A stretch of 60,314 nt of DNA, the filler included, from Porpidia crustulata (taxonomy: Eukaryota): assembly GCA_964255105.1 (NCBI GenBank). It is 10 parts of 10 records of this genome, joined end to end, with 100 filler letters (N's around TTAATTAATTAA, not from the genome) between each part and the next. Parts side by side here need not be neighbours in the genome. Positions count along the whole stretch, not along the records: positions 36,317 to 42,252 come from CAXUWE010001670.1; positions 42,353 to 48,283 come from CAXUWE010001671.1; 8 more parts are not named here. One strand, written 5' to 3'. Of this stretch, positions 36,317 through 48,383 are shown one piece after another. Position 1 is the first letter of the stretch. Every line of letters begins with the position of its first letter. The notes under the pieces are model-generated. The model had not been told where the DNA came from and did no database searches. It worked only from the letters and a program-made list of their open reading frames with translations. Made by a program: the position numbers and the translations under genes.

Positions 36317-39300
36317 CTTCCCCCCCGCCTTACCGCCCACCACGTTCGAGATCTCGCTTCCCCAGGCGTTCGCGGAGGCGCCTTTTTGCGTTGCTTCCTG
36401 GCTGTTTGTTAGCGGTGTTTCGGGTGTTATGGGCGAGGTTAAAGGAGAAGAAGAGGGGAGGCTACTTCGGAAACATAACAGCCGTGCACGACTTTACCGT
36501 CGTGGGCCGCCCCCGCGGACACGGTGACCGACTTTTGCATTGTATTAGCCTTTTNNNNNNNNNNCCGTCGTGCGCGTCCGCGGCGAACAGGTAGACGGAC
36601 TTGTCCTTGCTCTTCGCCTTGACGTGATTAAGCGCCTCGCCAATGGCCTTGGCGTTTGCGGAAATGGGCAATTTGGCCACGTACGTCTTGGCGTCCTTGT
36701 TTTCCGGATCCGCAAAAAAGGCCACGACCGCGTCGACGGCTTTCTTCGCCTCGGCTTTCTGCTGGGCTTTTTGCTCGTCGAGCTGGCGCTTGGCGATGGC
36801 GGCGAAGCGGTCGCGGAGCTTGGATTTGGCGAGGGCGGAGACGGCGAGCTGGTTGAGGTCGGACTGGGTGAATTTGATGTGCTGTTCTTTTGGGGGGCCG
36901 GGGGCCATGTTTTCGAGGGCGGAGAGGCGGGCGCTGAAGTCGGTGGCGAGGCGCTGGACGGCATGGGCGTCTTCGCCGGTGACAGCGATAATGCGGCGGA
37001 TGCCTTTGGCGATGCCGCTCTCTTCAATGATGACGAGGTCTTTAATGTCGCCGGTTTTTTGAACGTGGGTGCCGCCGCAGAATTCGACGCTTACTTCTCT
37101 CCAGCGGGGGTCTTTGGTGTTTTTGAGTAGGTCTTCGACGTCGATGCCGACCGAAACGACGCGGACGGGGTCGGGGTAGGTCTCCCCGAAGACGGCGCGG
37201 ACGCCTTCGATCTCGCGGGCGGTGGATAGGGGGACGTCTTTTGAGTAGACGCCGCAATTCTTACGGATGTATTTCGTGGAGATGTCTTCGATTTTCTCGA
37301 GATCAGTATCTGAAACTCCAGATTTGTGAGAGAAGTCGAAGCGAAGTTTCTCCGGAGCGACGAGGGAGCCTCTCTGATTGATGTTGTCGCCAAGGACCTC
37401 TCGGAGGGCAAAATTAAGGATATGAGTGCCTGTGTGGTTATTTCTTATGGGCCATCGGCGGAGCTCGTCGTACTCGCAGATGACTTGATCTCCTGCTGAA
37501 AAGGAACCATATTTCATGAATCCAGTGTGTAAGACATAGCCAGCATATACCTGAACGTTTTGGACCTCAAGTTCAGCAATTCCGTCGATAATGATTTTTC
37601 CTGTGTCGTTTTCTTGCCCACCCTGCTCCGCGTAGAAATTCGTTCGATCCACGATCAAACCTAGCTGCTCACCTTCCGGTATATCCTGTGTCGATTGAAA
37701 GAACTTCTTGCCGTGGTAAACGGTTTGTAATCGAGAATTGATGTTTCCTCTGCCAAACTTGGGGCTATCATCTGTTTTTGTAACGTCGCTCATCTTAGAT
37801 AGACTGCTAATATCATGGACATCCAACTTTACAAGATCTAATGCCGTCTTCTTCTCTCCTCTACTGGCTTCTTTCGCCTTTAGCCTGGCCTCCTCGAATT
37901 CTGCATCGTCGATATCTAACCCTCTCTCTTCTGCCATAAGCCGAGTAAGATCTACGGGAAAACCAAAGGTATCGTACAACCGCCACACGTCAGCGCCATG
38001 GAGCCTTTTCGAATCTTTTGACTTGGCCTGCTGTGCGTAATTCTCGAATTGCTTCTCGCCACGGTCAAGAGTCTTGGCGAAGGATTCTTCCTCCTCATTC
38101 AATATCTCGATAACATCGGATTCTTTCTTCTTGATCTCAGGAAACATGTCGCCCATTTGCTTGACCAGGGTCGGAACTATCCTCGAGAAGAATGTTCCGA
38201 TGTCAGAGTTGAAGTATTTCCTTGCATATCGAGCTCCTCTTCTCAGTACTCGCCTCACCACGTAACCCCGTCCCTCGTTGTTGGGTGCGGCGCCGTCCGA
38301 GATAGCAAACACAAGTGTCCGTACGTGGTCAGCAACCACTCGATAGGCCGTATCAATACCGTCTGAATCCTCTTCTCTAAATTTACCCCTATACTCTCGC
38401 GCCCCGGTGACTTCCTGTATAGTCTTGAACAGCGGTGTGAAAACATCTGTGTCATAATTCGACATTTTATTCTGAAGTATAGAGACTAATCGTTCATATC
38501 CCAAGCCGGTATCAACGTGTTTGTTGGGTAACGGCCGGAGAGATTTGTCCGGTTCTCGATTATACTGAATAAATACATTATTCCATATCTCGAGAACGTT
38601 TGGATCATCTTGATTGACTAGTTGTGCAGCATTTCTACCTCCTATCCGATCGTAATGTATTTCACTGCATGGCCCACAGGGTCCTTGTTCGCCCATTTCC
38701 CAGAAATTGTCTTTCATGTCTCCAGTAAGTATGTGATCATCAGCAACACCGACCGATTTCCAAAAGTCCCTTGCTTCCAAATCTGCTTCAAGACCTCCAG
38801 CCTTGTTGCCTTCAAAATAAGTCACATAAAGACGGTCAGGCTCGAGCCCGTAAATTTTCGTTAGTAGCTCCCAAGAGTAATGGATGGCTTCTTTCTTGAA
38901 ATAATCTCCAAAACTCCAGTTCCCCAGCATTTCGAAGAAGGTCTATATAATAGGATGAGTCCTGATCTTTAGTAAAATCTCTCTAGTCAACACTTACATG
39001 ATGATAGCTGTCCTTGCCCACATCGTCAAGGTCCTTGATGAATAAGTGACTGATTGTCTATAAAATGGTAAGAGCTTACATTATGCTTACCCCCCGCGCG
39101 GATGCACTACTCGAGTCAATATATTATCTCCATCTAAGATGAAAAGCTAACCTTTTGGGAGTTCACGGCTCGCTTGAGCTGCGCAAAATCCGACGAAGGG
39201 TCGACGGTACCTAGGAAAATAGACTTATACTGATTCATTCCGGCATTGGCAAAGAGTAAAGTCGGATCTGAGTGGGGTACGACAGAAGATGAGGGCACTG

Positions 39301-39576
39301 TCCAGCTATTAGCACCAATATCAAAGTTTATACCACCTAAATCGGTTCACCAAAAGTGTGCCCATTCTTTTTGAAAAAATCTAGGAACGTGTCTCGCACC
39401 CGCACAGCATCCCAATATCATTCTGTTTTACTGGGAGCCATCCTGGATTCTGTAATTTTGCGTCGCCCAATTTGGGTAATATTTGGTTGAGATAGTTTGG
39501 TCCCGGCATAGAATGATCTCGAAGAGTTGTGACTTAGACAGGCTCCGCAACTTTTTAGCACATTCACTCCTCGCAT
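36317..39576 (-). CDS. ALA1: Alanine--tRNA ligase (cytosolic ATG 39441, putative mitochondrial ATG 39576); in-frame TGA at 39420-39418; 3' truncated
   Basis: [71 protein letters not shown], editing motifs NHTGTH and [19 protein letters not shown]-Ala VGGKAGGK. Confidence 0.96.
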
Positions 39577-39705
39577 CAAGCGGGCATTGGCTGGCGATGA
39601 AGATCTCACAGGGTAACCGTGAATCAGGTTGAATAAGGGAGGGTTTGGCAGATTTCTTCAAGATTATCTACCGGATTGACGGGGGGATTGGTTGTCTCTG
39701 TCTGA

Positions 39706-40377
39706 ATGGATTGTGCCGTTGGAGGTTCAGCTCACGCCGGGACGAAACGCCATGCCGACGATGATTTGGCCCACGAGCAACGACTTTCCAAAAGATTTAA
39801 TCTACTCAATCTGGGTGTGTGAGTCATCTACAGCATTTACCTCAAGTCTGGCTGACTCATTGCTATAGAGAACAACAGCAAGCTATATGTTCCAGTCAAG
39901 CAACCTGCGCCGCAGCCTCTTTCACATGCCAATGTCGATGATGGTTCGATGCAATTGGATAACACGAAAGAGAAGGTCTACATCTATAATCTAGATCGGG
40001 AGCTGGCAGATATCGAAAGTGAAGAAGAGAAGCTCGTCTTCCTACCTGATATAGAGAAGAAGCTTGGGAAGATACCCAAGTCGCTGCTCACCGGACATAC
40101 CCAACCTGCGGCCAACACTCAAATGGTGCTTTACAACGTCCCATCATCTCTCACGGTTGCCCCGGACCAAGATAACGTTCGGAAGGTTATCATTGAGACT
40201 AGAGCCAGGGCAAGGGAAAAGCAGATAGAGGACGCTGGAGCGTTACAAGCAACCAATCATGATCTATCAAACCCGATGAATCGAGATCAGGTCGGCCAAT
40301 ACGGTAATATATCGAATGGGACGGGATATACGGAGGACTATGATAGTGATTACGAGAATGCTATGGACATAGGGTAG
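39706..40377 (+). CDS. Conserved-looking fungal hypothetical protein
   Basis: Two exons: KRHADDDLAHEQRLSKRFNLLNL| then MQLDNTKEKVYIYNLDRELADIE..LVFLPDIEKKL..MVLYNVPSSLTV..DNVRKVIIETRARAREK. Confidence 0.7.
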
Positions 40378-40581
40378 AATCGTTTTGCGCAAGAATCCCG
40401 AAAAGTGCGCCATGCTTTGATGATGTGTTTGTACAGCCACGACTCGTCCGGAACTCCAAATCTTTCCAACATTCCTTTCCCATCTATATTTCCAACGCCT
40501 TATGATTTCTCCGACCAAAGGCTTGTGGAATTGAGATCCGCGAAACTTGTGGGTTCGCCGGTCTGGATGTTCAATCCTTTG

Positions 40582-41335
40582 TCAAGTGGATCGCTTGAAC
40601 GGATTGAGCTTGCTCATCAAATTCTTCTTCGGGGGAGCAGAAGGTTCGATGTTAGGATTGTGTGGGCCAACATTCAAAAACTCTTCACCATGGTGAGGAG
40701 CTCTCGACTGCTGCTGAAAATGCGAAGACTCGCCGGATGGTGGGGGCCCTGGAGGAGGGGCAACCCATTCCTGAGCTGGATTTGTTTTTGATGCTCCTTG
40801 GGGTGGCTCGTAGTTAGGAGGGTTTACATATCCAGTGTTGTAAGCTGTCTCGTTAGCCCCTGGCTATAGATTCGTACTTGGATTCATTTACCTGGAGGTG
40901 GAGGAGGGTACGGGTTCATTTGGTATCCGTCATTATAGCCGCTTTGGTGTTGGTAGAAACTGAAAGATTGATCCCGCGTTGGGAACCTAGCACGCTGAGA
41001 CCGTGGTAGAAGCCACTGCGTCTCATTAGCAAGATCATCGATTGTATCCGTGGTGATCTCACCCTATGATAAGCCAGGGGAGGTAGACCTCTCTTCATCC
41101 TTCTCTGAGCATGCCAGTAGCCTCCAACAAATAGAACAAGAAAGAAGACGAATATAGCTCCGACGATGGACCATTTGATAGCTGCAGCTGTCTATCTGAT
41201 TCTTAGTAGCTAGATATCTCGTAGGAACATCTGAGAATTTACCGGAGAGTACCACCACCAGCCATCGTTACAATTGCTGCTCACGCAGCCATCGCCATCG
41301 CCATAGCTTTGCCTCTTCGCTAGGATAGGCCCCAT
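40582..41335 (-). CDS. RCR-family (Congo-red resistance / Rsp5 adaptor-like) single-pass membrane protein
   Basis: Four small exons largely missed by the ORF track: WWWYSP|TAAAIKWSIVGAIFVFFLVLFVGGYWHAQRRMKRGLPPLAYHR|W...PPPPP|AY...PPNY (PY motifs), TGA at 40584-40582. Confidence 0.7.
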
Positions 41336-42252
41336 TGTTGGATGTCAGTACTGACAGTGGAGGATCTTGTTATGTTAGTAGACTCGTTGTGTTGCTGCGA
41401 TGTAAGTGGGTTGGGGAGTGTGATCCTCTGTTGTTCAATTATGAGAAAGATATTTCAAGTCGGATCAGTGAAGGTTGGTATATAGGGTAGCAGGAGCTAG
41501 GAGTAGGGTTTCAGAACAAGCGCTCACACAGATCGCGTCACAACAATGCGAAGCGCAAAATATCCCTCGGGCCCAATGCAAAGATTGTTGTTGAGTCTTG
41601 GTGGGCTTCGAGGCGATACTGCACCTCCTGAGGACTGATCAACCTGATGGAGACTCTTGTGCCAAGAAACGGGTACAACTTTCCCTAGCGTGCCGCTTCA
41701 CAAATTTATATTTAGAGAAAACTCCCTCATCCACTCGCCCTCAGATGTTTTCAACTTTCATGGTCAGGTGTGTAATAGTCTATAATGCAAATTTAAAGAA
41801 TCTGGTGCCATGTCTACAGTATGTGAGTCGTAACTTGCTTAGTGGTCATCTTGCCTGACCAACAGACCACCCACTGCCTGAAGAACGACGCGAACACCCT
41901 GCTATGGGCACCTTTTTTGTTTCGGTTTCTATCGCTTTTCTTTATCGAGAAAACCTGGTCATTCTGGTTACCGTTTGTTCATTCTATCACTGTCGTTGCA
42001 TTTCCTTGTTCTCGGAGAGAATTTGGAAAGCTACAATGCAAGAGATACTCGAAAGTTACTGCTTTAAGCGCCATAGTCCGGCACCAAACGGTTTCTCGGC
42101 TATCATTCTATCCTAATAGCGATGCTCTTCAATTCTGGTCCAGATAAAGCCGTCACTCGATCTTCAGCTCCAGAACCATCCCGGAACCGATCTCCTCCCA
42201 GTTCACTCTCCCCTAGAGACCGTCGACCTCCAAAGCATATACCCCCCAATCC

Positions 42253-42352
42253 NNNNNNNNNNNNNNNNNNNNNNNNNNNNNNNNNNNNNNNNNNNNTTAA
42301 TTAATTAANNNNNNNNNNNNNNNNNNNNNNNNNNNNNNNNNNNNNNNNNNNN
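42253..42352. other. Artificial contig spacer
   Basis: N44-TTAATTAATTAA-N44. Confidence 0.98.
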
Positions 42353-42354
42353 GT

Positions 42355-42666
<312 letters not shown>

Positions 42667-43888
42667 AGGTCAAGAAAATACTTTTCATTGTCCTTTTCAT
42701 CATGATTGGGGATGACATACGATGGATGGACATTGCAGGACGGAAAAAGCTACACGTCGGATAACTCAAACCGGTATGCCTCCAATCTATCCTCAACCAT
42801 GTACCAAGTTGTCGATACTAAGAGGAAATCTAAGAAGAATTTCACCTCTTTAACTTCTTCGTACCAAGCGGATATTTCCTTGGGAAGGCCTGGTCGAAGG
42901 TCTTAGCCCTGACGCGGTGAAGTTCGGGAACCTTTGAGTTTTTCATCTCCCAGCAGCTTGAACGGCGCTTCATTTTCGCTTTTCTTTTCTTCAAAGGTTG
43001 CATCGATGTTTTGTTACCTCGCGTGATTTTGGTTTGGGGATGCATGGATTCCGGGCCTTGGACTTGCGCCCCGACTTAGACTTCTGATATCTTCTTTTCC
43101 TCCGAGCTTTTCTCTTCACGGCTAGCGTTGGCGGCGATCGAGTCGCTGCTATCAGCGATATTGCAACTTGATCAGATGAAGTGGAAAGCGATGGCTTTTT
43201 TCAGAATCAATATGATCTTCGTTAAGGAATTCCTGTTATTGGTTTTATTCTGTCATCTTGTGGACTGGTCTTCCTTCGTACACCAGCGACACAGCATGAA
43301 TAAGAGTCTTGATCCAGCAGTGAGATCATTGGAGAAGTCGAAATGCACGCCAGCAGAGGACCGCTTGACTTAGTATGTAGCACTCATTTCCTCCGTTTCC
43401 AAAAGAGGCGCTGGAGTTCGCAAAAGTGGGATGGGCAAGGATGTGCTTAGATACAATTGCAACGCCATCTGCCAGAACGTTGGCTTCTCTCATTGAGTGT
43501 GTTACCAATATCTCGCAGCCTCAAATACTGTTGATTAATCAATTTGAACATCCGACATCCAAGGAACAACCAACCAGGACCTTTACAATCGTGTCCCGTG
43601 AATCAATGAGCAACGTCGATCTTATGCCATCTCTTTCGCCGTGGCCACGGAAATGCCACAGTCTATACGTGAGAGAGAATTTGTCTGTGATCGAGGATTT
43701 TACTAACTTCGTGAAGCGATGCAGGTAGTTATCTAGTTAGGAATAATAGAAACTCGACTTTGGTGTCGGAACTTTTGGCCAGGAGGATCAGCCTTATCGC
43801 ACTAAGCCATGTATGGTCAGGGCGTTGATTCAATTCTAGACATCAACCCACACCTTTCTCTTAAGCCTTAAAAACAAGTTAGCGGGCC

Positions 43889-45984
43889 ATGGATACCGAC
43901 ACAGACAAAAGCAGAAAGAGGCGGAAGGCCAATGCAGGTCTCGCACTAGATAATGAGCTAGATCTTGATGAAGCTGGCGGTTTGGGCAGCGCAGCGCAAT
44001 TCGACTCTTTGAGGAGGTCTATAAGTCCTCCTGCAATGAGAAAACATCGACCTGCTCAAATTCCAAAAGAGACTCAGCAGGATCATTCTGTCAATACATA
44101 TCCTACTTCCTCATCATCTTATCCGAAGAGCTCTGTAACACCTCCTTCGTGCAAACTTATTCCTTCACCTGTACAGCTTAGTACAGTTAGCGAATTACCT
44201 TCCTCTAGTAATCTTGATACTGTGAGCTTTAAGGATCTCTTGGGTGATCCTCTCATCAAAGAATGCTGGCTTTTCAATTACCTCTTCGATGTCGATTTTA
44301 TTATGTGAGCAATGGTCCGGTTGTATCTTCATCTTCAACCAAAGTCTCTGAGCCTCTAGCAGGGCTCAACTGGACGAAGATACTCGAAATCTTGTGCAGG
44401 TCAGAGTTATTCATGGCTCTTGGAAGAAGGAAGATTCGAATAAAATACGCATTGATGTAAGTGTCCACTTACATATCAAAATTTCAACCCATAGAAATGG
44501 CAATACTGCGCTTTCTATTTGTCTCTGTTTAGATGCTTCATAGCTTCCAGCTCTGGGGTGTGAGCCAATCGCAATGGCTAGCCACTGAGATGTTCTTGTA
44601 CGACTATTTAGAATAGTCTAAGTGCACTATCTGATAATCCAGCATAGGAAGCTATAAAACGACACTCCAATGTCCAGGCCATCACAGCTTACATGCCAGA
44701 GGCTTACGGCACGCATCATTCAAAGATGATCATTTTGTTCCGCCACGACGATCAAGCTCAGTACGTTTGACTACTCAGCTTCACGACCTGATCCTGTGTC
44801 TTCCATGATCTGATCTCCAATGTAGAGTTATTATTGTGACCGCCAATTTTATAGCCCAGGATTGGCGGATGTGCCAAGCTGTGTGGCGATCCCCCTTACT
44901 TCCAATAGAGGTAAATGCCAATCCCATGTCATATCTTCCAGCTCTAGGTACTGGTACCAGATTTAAACACGACCTACTCGCATATCTTCGACACTATGGA
45001 TCAAGAAAAACCGCAACTTTGGTGAAAGAACTTCAAATGTATGATTTTAGCAGCGTCAAAGCGGCACTAATCACAAGTGTACCAAGTAAAACTAATCTGC
45101 ACGCCTCTGATCCACAAGTCGAAAGTCTTTTGGGCTGGCCAGGCCTGAAGAGAATCCTTGAGGTTATTCCTTCTACTTCGAATAAGCCTCACATCGTCGT
45201 ACAGATATCATCTGTAGCCAGCGTCGGAGAGAAATGGCTGGCTGAGACGTTTTTCGAGACTCTATCTACGTCGAACGATAAAATAATGAAGCCGACTTTC
45301 TCGGTCATATTTCCCACTGCTGGCGAGATACGAAGGTCTCTTGAAGGCTATTCTGCGGGCGGCTCTATTCATATGAAGTTTCAGTCCGCAGCACAGTTAA
45401 AACAGTTGACTTACCTAAGGCCATTCCTCTGTCACTGGGCAGGTGACGGTAGCCGCCAAGAAATTTTTACAGCATCCCTACTGGCACCGATTCGTGAAGC
45501 AGGTAGAAAACGAGCAGCACCACACATCAAGACATATATACGCTTCGCCGATGAATCAAAGACGAAGATCGACTGGGCCATGATGACCTCAGCTAATTTA
45601 TCTACGCAAGCGTGGGGTGCAGCGAAGAACTCGTCTGGAGACGTAAGGATATGTAGCTATGAAATTGGAATTGTTGTTTGGCCGGCTCTATGGAATGATG
45701 AAGATGCACAGACCGCAGAGATGGTCCCAGTGTTCAAGAAGGACACACCGGAGTCGGATGAGAGACTACTGGCATTACTTAAAGAGCAAGCAACAGAATC
45801 AAGTCTTGAAAAGGTGCACACAGATGACGTGGGGCCCGGGGTAGAAAAGAGAACAAAAGTAGGTTGGCGGATGCCATATGATCTTCCGCTGGTACCGTAC
45901 GGAAAAGATGAGATGCCTTGGTGTGCTACAGCACCGTGTGAAGAACCGGATTGGATGGGAAGGAGCTGGCCCGGTTTCACGTGA
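43889..45984 (+). CDS. TDP1: Tyrosyl-DNA phosphodiesterase 1
   Basis: Both HxK...N motifs: YGTHHSKMIILFRHDD|..TAN and APHIKTYIRF...TSANLSTQAWG; SYEIG; MPYDLPLVPY; three introns. Confidence 0.93.
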
Positions 45985-46171
45985 AAACGATCAACAGATA
46001 CAAAAGACAATAGATGTAGATAAATCGCGAAAGCTTTGCCAAGAATTTGCATAGCCTATTATTTGAGCTCCTCTGCTAATAGAATACAACTACCCCGAAT
46101 TGAAAGTCTCTCCACCCCACTTGTCATCTTAATTGCCTTCAGTCCACTTTCACGCTTCATCCAGTCGTGAC

Positions 46172-46606
46172 TCATTTGGCGCTAGCATCAAAGCCAAGCT
46201 TTTCCTTGAGCTCGCCAACCAGCTTCACGTACTTCTTCTGAGCATCCTCTGGGGTCGTCTTATCCTTCTCAACCACTTCCTTCCACGCATTGTACTTTGC
46301 CTTGCCCTGTATCTTCTATCAGCGAAATTGAAAGTATGGGGTACGAGTAGAGTCGGTGCTTACCTTGAGGTCGAAGGCTCCCGGTTTATCGGCTTTATCG
46401 AAGGTTGGGTCTTGGGTGCCTTGCTTGAAAAACGCGTACAGCTATCCAGTGATCTGATCAGCGCTATCCAGCGAACCGCGTACCGGAGTAGGAAAAATAC
46501 GAAGGGGCGGGGAGCCTACCTGAAGGAGCTCGTCATTGGACGGTTTTGCTTTTAGATTGCGGCTGTCCTTGATGGCTTGCTCGAAGGCGGCAGTTTTGGT
46601 AACCAT
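46172..46606 (-). CDS. ACB1: Acyl-CoA-binding protein
   Basis: Three exons: AFEQAIKDSRNLKAKPSNDELLQ|LYAFFKQGT..KPGAFDLK|GKAKYNAW..EDAQKKYVKLV. Confidence 0.92.
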
Positions 46607-47553
46607 GTTTGCAATGTTCGACTTTGTTTTGACTCCGATACACTTGCAAGAATAGACTTTTCTTCTGATGGAGGGTTACAGTGATTGTTTGGTTGTGGTT
46701 GAGCTTAGTGGTGGGGCGGAGTGTCTGGCGGGGCCGCGGGGTACGACCGACTGATGCTCGCTAAGCTAGGATGATGGAAGAGGCTTATTCTAAAAACAGC
46801 CACACCCGTGACCTTAAAATCCTGTGGAACCTCAACACATCTGGTTTTAATCTCAACTTCCTCGTACCTACATCGTGTGTGCGTGTCAATAACGACTATT
46901 CATGTTGTCACACTATGAACTCACAAGTACAAGAAGCAACCATCCAGGTTGAACATCACAATTACGAAGACCTTGAACAGCCAGTCCTCTCACCCATATC
47001 GCCGATCCCTTCCTCGCTTGCTCAATTACTCCGCCTGGTCACTCCTCGAGTATGCAGGTACCAACGACTATACCGCTCACAAGACTCGATTCATTTCGAT
47101 GGGATACGAGATACTACGCGGAACCCAGCCTGTCCTAACACCAAGATGGCAGCAATTGCGATGCTGACTACCAACATCAAGTCATCTTTTCTTCCTAACT
47201 CACGCGTTGCTGCAATAGTGGCATCTCGTGGGCATATGCAGCCACAGTTACATCCGGTGTGCATATATCTCACTCACGTATACAGTGGTTCGTATTGTTG
47301 TTGCTTGGCGTGATACAACGGTATCCCTGGTATTTTCAATCCCTTGCGTATGACGATCAAGGGAAGAAATGGTACTTATGTTTTTTCTCGAGCGCTCCAA
47401 ATTCCCTATATAACAGACGTATATTCTCTTTCCAAGCCTCAAGTCTCCTGATATCGTTTCTTCCTTACCAATCTTCTCTACCAAAAGTACCTTATCCAAA
47501 ATCCCTCACACGCCCAATAACCCAAACCATATTTCCATCCAATTCAGTCCACA

Positions 47554-48092
47554 ATGCATTTCACATCATCCCACATCCTCCCCATCCTCTCCACCTCCAT
47601 CCTCGCCTCCCCCCTCCTCCGCGCCCGCTCAAGCTGGACCATCCAATCCTTCACCCGCACCTGCGACGATGCCACAAACAACTGCGCCTACTCCTTCGGC
47701 ATCAGCGTCGACGACGGCAGCGCCCCCACCACCTGCGCCTACGACGTCGTCGGCTCTTCCGACACGAAAGCCGAATACCAAAGCTACAATAACGTGACGT
47801 GCGGTGCCTACTTCATCGGAAGCACATGGAGCGGCCAATTTGGCCCTGGACAGGGGTTTTCGACTTTAAGTGTTGTTACCGAAGGGTGAGTTTATTACCG
47901 AATTCCTGCAATCTTGTGTTGCGTATCAAAAAGCCTCGTCGAGTAAATCTCTAACACGACAACAGACAAATCGTCTACCCGGCGTACAGAGATGTCGAGC
48001 TAGCCAACGGTGTCGCGTATTCGCCAGACAAGAGCTACGTCCCCGCAGCACTCCCCGCGGCCAAGTACGTTGCACCGAAATCGGTGAATTAG
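47554..48092 (+). CDS. Small secreted 4-Cys protein resembling Trichoderma Tsp1
   Basis: Signal peptide; WTIQSFTRTC..C.YSFGI..TC.Y..VTCGAY..WSGQFGPGQGFSTL|..IVYPAY.D..SPDKSY; one intron. Confidence 0.75.
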
Positions 48093-48283
48093 AAGTCGAT
48101 CTTGCAGGGTGGAAAAGACGCCGAAGAGAAGGACGGTTGAATGGGTATTGCTGGGTCGACTTGGATAGACAGTAGCAAAAAGAATGTCGTTCGAATTTTT
48201 CGATTTCAAACACATCAAAAACGGAAGAGTATCTATAACCATCGTACAAATTATTTGATATCACCCCTCCCCCCTCCCTTTCC

Positions 48284-48383
48284 NNNNNNNNNNNNNNNNN
48301 NNNNNNNNNNNNNNNNNNNNNNNNNNNTTAATTAATTAANNNNNNNNNNNNNNNNNNNNNNNNNNNNNNNNNNNNNNNNNNNN
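48284..48383. other. Artificial contig spacer
   Basis: N44-TTAATTAATTAA-N44. Confidence 0.98.

Noticed and set aside
36495..36605. Apparent duplicated or alternative exon in the ALA1 C-terminus around the 10-N gap
   Set aside because: The sequence after the gap (AAGTCGGTCACCGTGTCCGCGGGGGCGGCCCACGACGG) looks like an error-rich copy of the sequence before it (AAGTCCGTCTACCTGTTCGCCGCGGACGCGCACGACGG). Overlapping low-quality contig ends explain it best.
36545..37411. Multiple overlapping and antisense ORFs over ALA1 (and likewise over PIL1, CAC2, SCC2, DOHH)
   Set aside because: Shadow ORFs produced by codon bias in the real gene; no independent motifs.
39418..39420. Selenocysteine or genome-wide UGA reassignment as the explanation for the ALA1 stop
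   Set aside because: UGA terminates several conserved genes in this window, the position is not catalytic, and Sec machinery is not known in Ascomycota.
42700..43700. Possible decayed BTB/POZ-like gene on the minus strand (DTIVKVLV, AVSLVYE)
   Set aside because: The fragments are too short and interrupted to support a call without a search.
46100..46174. Cryptic peroxisomal (PTS1) readthrough extensions after the ACB1 and glutaredoxin stops
   Set aside because: The in-frame extensions end VTTG* and MACT*, not an SKL-like tripeptide, and the stop contexts are not UGA-CUA.
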